From: Bacteriovoracaceae bacterium
GTDB lineage: Bacteria > Bdellovibrionota > Bacteriovoracia > Bacteriovoracales > Bacteriovoracaceae
Assembly: GCA_028378565.1 (NCBI GenBank)
Contig: JAONMX010000002.1
Coordinates: forward strand, 8,966-72,965
Reading direction: 5' to 3'
DNA length: 64,000 nt
The translations under genes were made by a program, and so were the position numbers. The notes beneath the pieces were generated by a model, which did not search any database, had not been told where the DNA came from, and saw nothing but the letters and a program-made list of their open reading frames with translations. This document shows, piece by piece, positions 1-9,361 of the stretch. Each line of letters opens with the position of its first letter. Position 1 is the first letter of the stretch.

Positions 1-281
1 CTCATATGCACCATCAAATTCGATGTTACTCCACCTGGGCAAGATGCTATGACCATCAGACCAAAGGCAATTTCTAGTGAGATATAATTTTGAGCAATGC
101 CAATACTCGCTATTACAAAAGCAATTATCGGTAGGCTCGTTAATTGTAAGAGGGCACCAACAATAAAGGCTTTTGGGTATTTTTTTATATTTGTAAAGTC
201 TTCTAGGGTAAGAGTCAGGCCCATTGAGAACATGATAAAGGCCAGCGAGAGAGGGAGTATGATTTGAGTGAGTATTTCCAT
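1..281 (-). CDS. Bile acid:Na+ symporter (BASS/SBF-like) family transporter, N-terminal part; the gene runs off the window edge
   Basis: Not in the ORF track because it is truncated. A reverse-strand ATG at 279-281 opens MEILTQIILPLSLAFIMFSMGLTLTLEDFTNIKKYPKAFIVGALLQLTSLPIIAFVIA...LMVIASCPGGVTSNLMVHM (hand translation). The hydrophobic helices and the MFSMGLTL..EDF and CPGG.TSN stretches are typical of SBF/BASS carriers. Confidence 0.6.
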   Translation of the reverse strand, partial: MEILTQIILPLSLAFIMFSMGLTLTLEDFTNIKKYPKAFIVGALLQLTSLPIIAFVIASIGIAQNYISLEIAFGLMVIASCPGGVTSNLMVHM

Positions 282-615
282 AAATTTAATTTTAGTCTAA
301 AACTCCTCAATGACAATCATTATTGTGTTAAACGATTAGAAGTCTCAAGCATCGTAAGATGAAATGATCAAATTTAAACTCTCATTGATAAAGCTTTCAA
401 ACGCTACGAAGCCATTTTAGGAATCTATATACTCAACTTTTTATCACATTAGTTTAAAGTAATATAACCTTTATAGAAATACTCTATAGAGGTATGCATC
501 ATTGTCTGATATCCTATAAAATTATTCATAAAGATATCTTGTCTTATGAAGACTTAAACTATAGATAAACTTTGCCTTTTGTAATTTTCAATATTAGCTA
601 TATTATATATAGAAT

Positions 616-2424
616 ATGATTAAAGAATTCTTTAAATTTTCTATCGATTTACTTTGTATAGCTAATACTAAAGGCTACTTTATTAAAGTAAGTCCTTCTT
701 TTACTAGTACACTTGGTTATAGCGAAGAAGAATTGTTGACTACGCCATACCTTGATTTTGTCCATCCTGATGATCATGAGAAAACAGAAAATGCAGCAAG
801 TTCACTAAAAGTAGGAGAAGATCTATTTCATTTTGATAATAGGTATCGATGCAAAGATGGCACTATAAAACATCTCTCTTGGACATGCAAAGCCAATGAT
901 GAAGACCATATTATCTATGCTATTGCTAGAGATATTACAGCTAAAAAGGAAGTCGAGAGTCGACTTAATAACCTCATTAAGACGTTATCAGATTACTCAA
1001 TTATTGCTTTTACGGATAAAAATGGTGTCATCACAGAAGTGAGTGATAGTTTCTGTAAAATTAGTAGATATTCTAAAGTAGAACTCATTGGAAAAACTCA
1101 TAAAGTAGTAAACTCAGGTAAGCATCCTCAAAAATTTTGGAAAGAGCTTTGGAGCACCATCTCCTCTGGAAAAACTTGGGTCGGAGATATTCAAAATAAG
1201 GCAAAGGATGGAAGTTTTTATTACGTCTATAGTATTATCTCTCCAATTATAAATATTGAAGGTGAAATTGAAGGATATTTTGCAGTACGTTTCGATAGGA
1301 CAAAAGAGTTTCAATTTAAAGAAAGGTTATCAAATACATTAAGTATTTTAAATTCAACAAATAAAATAGCTAAGGTTGGAGGCTGGGAATTAGATCTTAA
1401 AACAAAAAAGCAGTCTTGGACTGAAGAAACCTTTAATATTATGGAAATTAAAGGTCGTGATGGGATGGAGCCTACTCTCGAAGAGGGAATCAGCGGATAT
1501 GCACCAGAGTATCAAAGCATCATAGACGAAGCCGTTCGAGAAGCAATTGAGAATGGAAAGTCTTACAGGTTAGAGTTAAAAGCATTAAAAAGAAAAGGTG
1601 GAACTAAGTGGGTTTTAGCAACAGGGAGTCCTTTTTTTGAAGATGGTAAAATAGTAAAGCTTGTAGGAACAGTTCAAGATATTGATAATCAAAAGAAAGC
1701 AGATGAAAAGTTAAAGCTTGAGACACAGAAAGTTGTTATTCAATCTCGACTTGCTTCTATTGGTGAGCTAGCAGCCGGAGTCGGTCATGAGATTAATAAT
1801 CCCTTAACAATTGCAATTGGTAATCTTTTAAAAATTAAGAAGAAGGCTTCTTTAGATGAATCAATGCTAAAATCTTTAAACATTATAGAGAAGGCACATG
1901 AAAGGATTCAAGGAATAACAAGTAGATTGAGAGATTTGTCACGATCAGGACAGGGTAAAGCGACTATTAATCTGTCTGAGATTTTATTAGACTCATTTTC
2001 ATTTGTTGAAGATATCTATAAATCTAGTGATATAGATATTTCTTTTAATGATAATAAATTAAAAGAGGTTTATATTAAGGGAAATCGCTCAGAGCTTCAG
2101 CAAGTTTTTATGAATCTAATTTCAAACGCTAAAGACGCGAGTGAGGGAAAGGATAAGAGAAAGATCGCTATTGAACTTAAGGCCTTAAAGAATAAGGCCA
2201 TCATCAATTTTGTTGATAACGGAGAGGGAGTAGCAGATGAAATAAAAGAGAAAATTTTTGACTCTTTTTATACATCAAAGGAAGTTGGGAAAGGAACTGG
2301 AATTGGGCTCTCAATATCGAATAGAATAGTAGTCGATCATAAAGGTGAAATTTCTTTTAAATCAAAGATTGGAAAAGGTTCTACATTTACAGTAATGTTG
2401 CCAATAATATCTAATAAAAATTAA
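616..2424 (+). CDS. PAS/PAC-domain sensor histidine kinase with no response regulator adjacent
   Basis: 602 aa. Three PAS/PAC-like segments are followed by an H-box (GVGHEINNPLT), an N-box (FMNLISNAKDA), G1 (VDNGEGV) and G2 (GKGTGIGLS). Confidence 0.9.
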   Translation: MIKEFFKFSIDLLCIANTKGYFIKVSPSFTSTLGYSEEELLTTPYLDFVHPDDHEKTENAASSLKVGEDLFHFDNRYRCKDGTIKHLSWTCKANDEDHIIYAIARDITAKKEVESRLNNLIKTLSDYSIIAFTDKNGVITEVSDSFCKISRYSKVELIGKTHKVVNSGKHPQKFWKELWSTISSGKTWVGDIQNKAKDGSFYYVYSIISPIINIEGEIEGYFAVRFDRTKEFQFKERLSNTLSILNSTNKIAKVGGWELDLKTKKQSWTEETFNIMEIKGRDGMEPTLEEGISGYAPEYQSIIDEAVREAIENGKSYRLELKALKRKGGTKWVLATGSPFFEDGKIVKLVGTVQDIDNQKKADEKLKLETQKVVIQSRLASIGELAAGVGHEINNPLTIAIGNLLKIKKKASLDESMLKSLNIIEKAHERIQGITSRLRDLSRSGQGKATINLSEILLDSFSFVEDIYKSSDIDISFNDNKLKEVYIKGNRSELQQVFMNLISNAKDASEGKDKRKIAIELKALKNKAIINFVDNGEGVADEIKEKIFDSFYTSKEVGKGTGIGLSISNRIVVDHKGEISFKSKIGKGSTFTVMLPIISNKN

Positions 2425-2469
2425 TCTTTCTTATTTTACAGAAGACAGCTAACACATTAAAATCTTGCT

Positions 2470-3435
2470 GTGTTAACTTTCTATATCTCACTTTCACTTG
2501 TGGTCTCTTTTACCTGTTCTGTATTAGAAGCGGTAATATTGAGTCTTACACCAAGTTATGCAGCTTCCTTAGAGACTAGAAAACCTAAGCTCTATGAAAA
2601 AATTAAGTTTTTAAAAGATGATATAGAAAGACCTCTAGCATCAATCTTAACGTTTAATACCATTGCTCACACTATTGGAGCTGCTGGTGCAGGAGCCGAG
2701 GCCCAGAAACTTTGGGGCAATGAATACCTGACAATTTTCTCTGCGGTTCTCACTTTTGCTATTCTCTTTTTTAGTGAGATTATCCCAAAGTCTATTGGAG
2801 CAAAGTTTTGGAAGTCTTTACTCCCTTTTTCCATGAGAATTATTACTCCCATGATTATTTTGTCTTATCCTGTGGTCTGGCTTTCAGAAAAAATTACAAA
2901 TCTAATAAAAGGAAATGGAATTGATAAAATTTCTAGGGAAGAGATTTCGGCGTTAGCTGAACTTGGTTTCTCAAGTGGAAGTATCCATAAAAATGAATAT
3001 CAGACTATGAAATCCTTAATGAAGTTTACCAATATCAATATGAAAGATATTTTAAAGCCTGCTGATACAGTTGTTGGTTTGAATTATAACGAATCGATTG
3101 CAGAGTCTATGGTGGATATCAATTCTCATACCTTCTCTCGTTTAATAGTCTTCGGTGTGAATCGAGATGATTTAAAGGGTTATGTTATGAGAAAGGATAT
3201 TCTGGATTCCTATATAAAAAAGAAAGAGATACAAGTAAAAGATATCATGATGAAAATAGATATCCTTCCCCATACAGTACAAAGTCATATATTATTGGAA
3301 AGACTACTTAAGAGAAAAGCTCACATATGTGCAATAGTGGATGATGGTGGAGCATTCTTAGGGATAATAACTCTCGAAGATTTGATTGAAAGTTTACTTG
3401 GTCTTAGTATCTATGATGAGTTTGATCGCCCCTAA
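2470..3435 (+). CDS. CNNM/DUF21 transmembrane domain plus CBS-pair protein (HlyC/CorC-type transporter family)
   Basis: GTG start. The N-terminal membrane domain (LEAVILSLTP..., SEIIPKSIG) is typical of DUF21, followed by a CBS-pair-like region. No C-terminal CorC_HlyC domain is evident. Confidence 0.8.
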   Translation: MLTFYISLSLVVSFTCSVLEAVILSLTPSYAASLETRKPKLYEKIKFLKDDIERPLASILTFNTIAHTIGAAGAGAEAQKLWGNEYLTIFSAVLTFAILFFSEIIPKSIGAKFWKSLLPFSMRIITPMIILSYPVVWLSEKITNLIKGNGIDKISREEISALAELGFSSGSIHKNEYQTMKSLMKFTNINMKDILKPADTVVGLNYNESIAESMVDINSHTFSRLIVFGVNRDDLKGYVMRKDILDSYIKKKEIQVKDIMMKIDILPHTVQSHILLERLLKRKAHICAIVDDGGAFLGIITLEDLIESLLGLSIYDEFDRP

Positions 3436-3460
3436 ATAAGTAATGATAAATGGAGTTTAA

Positions 3461-4243
3461 ATGAAGAAGAAATTAAAAATTTCATCATGGAATGTCGCTG
3501 GACTTAGGGCCTGTGAAAAAAAAGGTTTTCATGATTGGGTATCTGAACATAAGCCCGACATCATTTGCTTGCAGGAAACGAAGGCCTTACCTGAGCAGTT
3601 AAGTGAAGAGCTTGTTAATCCTAAAAAATATTCTGCCCTATATGCCCCAGCTGAACGTAAAGGTTATTCCGGTGTCGCGACATGGGTAAAAGAGGGGATT
3701 GAGCATAAACATACTATTGGTTTAGGGGTCGAAGAGTTTGACTGTGAAGGAAGAACTCTGATTACTGAATTTTCAGAATTTATTTTAATTAATTGCTATT
3801 TCCCCAATGGAAAAAGAGATCATAGTCGTGTTCCTTACAAACTCGATTTTTGTCGAAAGGTTGCTGAAGTTGCCTTGAAAATGAAAAAGAAGAAAAAGAA
3901 AGAAGTGATTATCACTGGTGATTATAATACTGCCCATACTGAACTTGATCTGGCCAATCCCAAGACAAATAAGAAAACAACAGGCTTTCTTCCTATAGAA
4001 AGAGAATGGATGGATGAGTTTAAAGAGCAAGGCTTTACCGACTTATTTCGAGAGTTTACTCCAGATGAGAATGGACATTATACGTGGTGGACTTATAGGG
4101 GAGATTGTCGTGAAAGAAATGTTGGTTGGAGGATTGATTACTTTTGGTCCACTGATGACTTTGTAAAAAAAGTAAAATCTTGTACTCACTCACCGGAAGT
4201 TCTAGGCAGTGATCACTGTCCAATTAATTTAGAAATTAAGTAA
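3461..4243 (+). CDS. xth: Exodeoxyribonuclease III (AP endonuclease)
   Basis: Motifs SWNVAGLRA, CLQETK, PNG, GDYNTAH, WTYR, RIDY and SDHCP, all typical of the ExoIII/Ape1 family. It carries a lysine-rich insert (KMKKKKKKE). Confidence 0.95.
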   Translation: MKKKLKISSWNVAGLRACEKKGFHDWVSEHKPDIICLQETKALPEQLSEELVNPKKYSALYAPAERKGYSGVATWVKEGIEHKHTIGLGVEEFDCEGRTLITEFSEFILINCYFPNGKRDHSRVPYKLDFCRKVAEVALKMKKKKKKEVIITGDYNTAHTELDLANPKTNKKTTGFLPIEREWMDEFKEQGFTDLFREFTPDENGHYTWWTYRGDCRERNVGWRIDYFWSTDDFVKKVKSCTHSPEVLGSDHCPINLEIK

Positions 4244-4402
4244 AATTCCATAAATTTGCACTATAAAATTGGCACCGAAAGTTTGACTTTATTATCTCAT
4301 TTGCAATCTCTAACTATCTGATATTATTGGTAAGTTGATGCCCTTTTTGTTTATAGAAAATCTATTAATAAAGATAACTGAGATATCCGATAAGATACTT
4401 GT

Positions 4403-7060
4403 ATGTGGGTATTTAAAATAATTCCATTCTTTGTCTTTCTAATGCTGAATCTTCAAGCAGACGAATTCAATCATCAAACTTTAGCAAGAATGTTAAGTGA
4501 GTTTGAAGCTGCTAAGAATGGCCCTTTTTCTGAAAAATGTGGTCAGCATGAATTTCGCTCACAATCAAAGTGTCCTTTTACTTTTAAGCAATATGAAAAA
4601 GATAAATCTAATGGCTGGCTCAATAGTGTTTTTAGTAGTGCTCCAGGACAGTCCCCAGCTGCTGCATGTGAGTTAGCAATTAGTAGCTATAAAAAAGGTG
4701 TCTTTAGTAACCCACAAGTTCTAGAGAAATTCTATTCAGATCACTCAGCTTCAAAACTTGGGTTAACAGAAGACTACTTCTCTAGTCGAATGGAGCAGTG
4801 TTATGAAGCCGATCTCTATGGAAATCAAGAAAAGATAGAAAAAGAAAAAAATACGATCATCGCTATGAACTATAAATACCTCAAGCGAAGTTCACTAGGA
4901 ACGGAGCAAGCGTTTATTGAGTTAACGAATTTAAACTCTCTTCTTGGGATAAATCCTCTCGATCAAGTTCCTTGTGACCAAATGGTGACTCCAGGTGATG
5001 CGGCCCTTTGTCGACAATTTGAACAGCAAGATTGTCGTCCAAGAGGTGGGCTAAGGCAACTTGCAGAAAGTTTAAGAACTAATGCTATTGAACCTTTGCT
5101 TGCTTTAAAAATGGAATTAAAAAAGACAAGAGGCAGAGGGCGAGGCAAGAAAGAAAAGAGGGATAAGATTAATGCTAGTATTCGCTTAATTGAAAGTACA
5201 TTCCCAATTCTTGCCGGTAATCATATGGAAGATTTCTTAGAGGATGAAGTTTATGACAAAGATAGTATGCCAACTCAGTCAAACTTAATGCTCGCTTTGA
5301 GGCAACAGTTTTTAAATAATAGAGAAGCTATCGTCGAAAAAATTCAAAAAAATAATACTGTTAATCGGTGTCTCATTTATGGAGACTACAATGACGATTG
5401 TGATGATTTTCAAGAAAATATGCAAACGAATCCAAATTATGATGTGAGCCTCTTTGCACCAAGAGAAGAAAACCAAAGGGCACGAGAGGCCAACCCTGAA
5501 CAATTTTTAAATCATGATCTTCCGCTACAATCCTCAGCGAGTTCTTACTATCATATGGTAGATTGCATGGATAATTTTAGAGATATTAAACAAGGTGTAA
5601 ACTCTCTTGTACTCGATACGGGAATAAACTTGGCGCTAACTGTTGGTACCTTTGGAGCAGGAGCCGTTGTTGGATTAGGACGAGCTGCGATCATTTCTGC
5701 TAGAGTGGTCACTCTTGGAGCAGATGCTGTTTTTCTTGGAGCTGGAGTAAAGAGTACAATAGAAACTTGTAAGGAGTCCTTTAATCAACTTCGTGGAAGT
5801 AGTACTCATCAAAGTCAAAATGGCCGCGTTACTTGTCCTTCAGACCCAGAGTCGCCAGAGTTTATGGCGGTGGATGACTTAAGAGCATGTATTACTGCTG
5901 CTGCATTAACTCCAATTGATGCTCTTCCATTTGTGCCTGCTGTAGCAAGAAGATTTTCTAGACCTAGAGTCAATCCGCCATCTGGTGGAGGTAGTGTTTC
6001 TCGATCTGCTAACGCGCCCAATACAAGAGCTGTGAGCTCTTCTCCAAATGTTACCTTGAGAGTAAGTGCGATAGATCAGAGAAACTATCGTAATTTAGTC
6101 GATGATAAGATTTTTAAAAAGTGTGTCGGTGGTTCTGGAGTTGGAAAGAAGAATGCTGTCTGTACTCAGTTCATCGAAAGCAATCGACAAAGATTTAGAG
6201 AGCTGGCCAAGGCCTGTGTGAATCCTACATTTGGTCCCGCAAATAAAGCATTATGTCTTCAGGCCGAAAAATTTATGAATGCCAACAAAGTCTTAAGACT
6301 TTCAGATTTAATACCTAAAGAAAAGCAAGGAAAAGCAGTGGTTGTAGAGTTCACTGGAGATCGAGGACATTTAGTTCTTCGTTATATGAAAGAAGTAGTA
6401 GATGAAAGCGGAAATAAAGTCATGAAATCATTTTCACAAGATGGTTCATCATTTTTGTTTCCAAGAAGAATTAATGAAAAATGGTTCCAAGGAAGAAAAG
6501 CCGCTCATCAAATGGGGGATATGGATAAGTATGTTCCAGGATCTCATTATATTTTAGATGCCACTCCAGAACAATTAGAAACCATTATGGAAGTTGGCCG
6601 TAAAGGTGGACTCTCACAGGCCTGTACCCATGATGCGAGACGCGCTCTAGATAAAGCGGGACTTGTGACAATGCCACGGGGTCTTACTTCAGTTAAAAGT
6701 TCCGTTAGTATAAAAGACATGGCCAAGCAAATGACGAGAGAGTTTGGGCCACCTGATCAAAATACAGTAAGAGCGATTCAAGATGTTCTAGATCCTAAGA
6801 AAGCAGGATTCTCTGATGAACAGTGGAAGAACTTTTTTGTAACAGAAGCTGGTTGGGCCGCCCTTAGTCCCCTTGCAATCATGGGGCTCTATCCTGCCTT
6901 TGTACCGCTTTCTACTGTTGCCGGAACCACAGCTGTAGACTACTCATTAGTTTTAATGGGAAAAGACGGAAATGTTACCTATATGACGGTTGAGAAAATG
7001 ACTGAACTCTTTGGGGCCTATGCCGGTGAGAATGATATCGATATTCCTTATGAAAGATAA
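4403..7060 (+). CDS. Large hypothetical protein (885 aa) with a signal-like N-terminus and internal and C-terminal hydrophobic Gly/Ala-rich segments
   Basis: Long uninterrupted ORF. No confidently recognisable domain. See the finding for a weak His...Cys motif in the C-terminal third. Confidence 0.6.
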   Translation: MWVFKIIPFFVFLMLNLQADEFNHQTLARMLSEFEAAKNGPFSEKCGQHEFRSQSKCPFTFKQYEKDKSNGWLNSVFSSAPGQSPAAACELAISSYKKGVFSNPQVLEKFYSDHSASKLGLTEDYFSSRMEQCYEADLYGNQEKIEKEKNTIIAMNYKYLKRSSLGTEQAFIELTNLNSLLGINPLDQVPCDQMVTPGDAALCRQFEQQDCRPRGGLRQLAESLRTNAIEPLLALKMELKKTRGRGRGKKEKRDKINASIRLIESTFPILAGNHMEDFLEDEVYDKDSMPTQSNLMLALRQQFLNNREAIVEKIQKNNTVNRCLIYGDYNDDCDDFQENMQTNPNYDVSLFAPREENQRAREANPEQFLNHDLPLQSSASSYYHMVDCMDNFRDIKQGVNSLVLDTGINLALTVGTFGAGAVVGLGRAAIISARVVTLGADAVFLGAGVKSTIETCKESFNQLRGSSTHQSQNGRVTCPSDPESPEFMAVDDLRACITAAALTPIDALPFVPAVARRFSRPRVNPPSGGGSVSRSANAPNTRAVSSSPNVTLRVSAIDQRNYRNLVDDKIFKKCVGGSGVGKKNAVCTQFIESNRQRFRELAKACVNPTFGPANKALCLQAEKFMNANKVLRLSDLIPKEKQGKAVVVEFTGDRGHLVLRYMKEVVDESGNKVMKSFSQDGSSFLFPRRINEKWFQGRKAAHQMGDMDKYVPGSHYILDATPEQLETIMEVGRKGGLSQACTHDARRALDKAGLVTMPRGLTSVKSSVSIKDMAKQMTREFGPPDQNTVRAIQDVLDPKKAGFSDEQWKNFFVTEAGWAALSPLAIMGLYPAFVPLSTVAGTTAVDYSLVLMGKDGNVTYMTVEKMTELFGAYAGENDIDIPYER

Positions 7061-7079
7061 GGGAAGCACGTGGCTTCCC
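7061..7079. terminator. Hairpin between convergent genes, a possible bidirectional terminator
   Basis: GGGAAGC-acgtg-GCTTCCC forms a 7-bp perfect stem immediately after the stop of 4403..7060 and 10 nt from the stop of the reverse gene. The flanking U-runs are weak. Confidence 0.5.
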
Positions 7080-7088
7080 ATCATTATT

Positions 7089-9253
7089 TTAAAAACTATA
7101 AAATAGTGCTACTTCAGTGTCATAATTACCTTTCTTTGCTTCTTCTATTTCTTCAGTTTTATTACACATAATTCTTTGGTCCATGAAAGCTACTTTTGTC
7201 TCATAAGCTTTACTTTCTAAAAAGACTGGGTCATTACAGTGATATATTTCAGATCCGTTAACTGTAACTTTAATGATATCTTCACCCTTAGAGTTCTTAA
7301 CACGTTCAGCGATAAAATCACCTCTTTCTCCGTTACGACTAGAGACAAGAGCTTTCATACTCCGGTCATTGGACTCATCTGAAAGCACCTGAAAGTTTCT
7401 AAAGTTCCCATATTTAAAGTCACTAATCACTATTTCTCTTAATATCATTTTGTGATATTCATCATCATAATTAGAATCACTTTCCATGTTTTCATCTATA
7501 TCGATAGGAGCTACTTCTACAACCTTTACTTTTTCATAAGTACTTGTTTTATCCTGTTGTGAGAATTCTTGTCTTTCAATATCTCCAGCAGCTTGAGCTG
7601 ATTTACCAAATGATAAAGGTGAGCTATTAATTTTGAATTGAAAGCTTTCTTTCTCTTTTCTTTCAATTTGTTCTTCATCATGTGAATAAAGATCTTCTAT
7701 ATTGATACCATATTGTTCTTTAGAAAAAGTTAACATCTTTGTTAAAACTTCTTTACGCTTTTGATTATCAAATCCATAGAGATCAAAGAGGAGGTATTGT
7801 TTTGCATCAAGAATTCTTATTTTCCCTTGAAGGCTAGAGGAATGTCCATATTTAACAGTCGCTTTTCCTGCGGCCGTTGTTTCGATCCCATACAGGATTC
7901 TCTTTCCCTCTTCAATGGAGATATAACCAGGAAGGATATGAGCATCTTTTGAGATGACCACTTGATTATTTAAACTAGGGTTTTTGAGAAAGTTTAATAT
8001 CAGATATAGTGATGTTCCAGAATAACACTGTAGTTTTCCTTCACTGATAATATCTACAATGGTTGTATCCTCTCTATTATATATTAAACCTGTTCCAAGC
8101 TCATTTTCAATTTCTGCTTCGTATAAAGGTTTAATCTCGGAATATGTATTATTATCCATTTTTCCCGCAAGAGACGTCAGTTTTTGATGAAGCTCTTCAA
8201 GAGTAATCTCTGAGTGAGGGTTATTTATTTTGTAATAAACAAAATGCTTTTGAATTGTGAGGTCTATTAATTTACCAAAATCAACAGCAACTTCATTATG
8301 ATCATTGATCAATGACTGATGAAATACTTTCTTAGCTTTATAGAAATTATCCATATGATGAACAAGCTCTAGTTTAGGTGAAATACTTTTTAAGTAATCT
8401 GAATACTCTTGGTTGAGCTCTAGGATTTCCTTCTTTTTTTCTTCAATAGAACTTTTTAAAGTATCAATAGTTAAAGAAAGATTTTTAGCAGGTTGATTAT
8501 CTTCAAAATTATGCACTTCTAGTCTTCTTTTGAGAGCTTCATTTTGCTTATTATATTTTGTGATTTCGTTTGCAGAAAAATTAACTCTTGCTACATAGTC
8601 TGAAATCTCTTTATTCAATTGTTTTACATTATGCTCTTCGTACAATCTCTTGCTCATGATTTCTTTATCGTCTTCGTGAGTATCATAACCGAAAAATAAA
8701 AGAGATTCAGAAAATAAATGTCTCTCTGATTCTAATTTAGCCTGTTCTTTTTTAACTTCTTGCTTGTAGTTATTGATCAAAACTAAAGTCTTTTCGAGGT
8801 CTGCTTCAAGGGCCGCTTTTTGTGCTGTTAAGTTTTTAATCTTTTAATTGTTTTCCTCAATTTTAATCTGTGAAGACTCATTTGATTTTGCTAAAGTTTC
8901 CTTGATTCCTGCAATCTTTTCATTTGCTTCTGAAATATCTGATTCTATTTGTTTAATTTGTTCTTGGGATTGCTTTTGAGCTTCACTTTTTCTATCTTAA
9001 CTCGTTCAAGCTCTTTTTGTACTTCTGCTAAATCTTGAGAGAGCTTTAATTCATTTTTAGCATCAATATTGACAGTAAAGTTTTGAAGTGAATCTACAGC
9101 ACTCAATGATTCGCTAGCAACGGTTTTCTTAGATTCTGTTGTGATTGAGTTCGCAACTGCTGGTGCTGATGAATCTTTTGAATCATTACATGCTGTTAAG
9201 TTAAGGAGTAATAAGAAAGAAAGGCAAAATCTAAACTTCACTGGAGTCTCCAT
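7089..9253 (-). pseudogene. Coiled-coil lipoprotein gene that appears split into three pieces by one frameshift and one in-frame TAA
   Basis: ORF 8945..9253 has a lipobox (LLLNLTAC) and a coiled-coil. The reading frame continues in another frame from the T5 run at 8987-8991. It then reads through a TAA at 8844-8846 straight into ORF 7089..8780 (hand translation: ...EKSEAQKQSQEQIKQIESDISEANEKIAGIKETLAKSNESSQIKIEENN*KIKNLTAQKAALEADLEKTLVLINNYKQEV...). Confidence 0.55.
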
Positions 9254-9361
9254 TGTCTTGATTGATTAAAATATAGACATATAGAAGCAAGATTTATGCC
9301 GATGGAGGTTAAGTAATAATAGCTATTTAGATTTTTTTAAGTGTCTAAACTTTGATCAGTT

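Noticed and set aside
8844-8846. Possibility that the in-frame TAA (8844-8846) and TAG (21111-21113) reflect an alternative genetic code or programmed readthrough
   Set aside because: TAA and TAG are used as ordinary terminators by the many well-supported genes in this window, whose lengths match their families. Two isolated internal stops fit nonsense mutations or errors better than recoding. Readthrough is still listed as testable for the TAG case.
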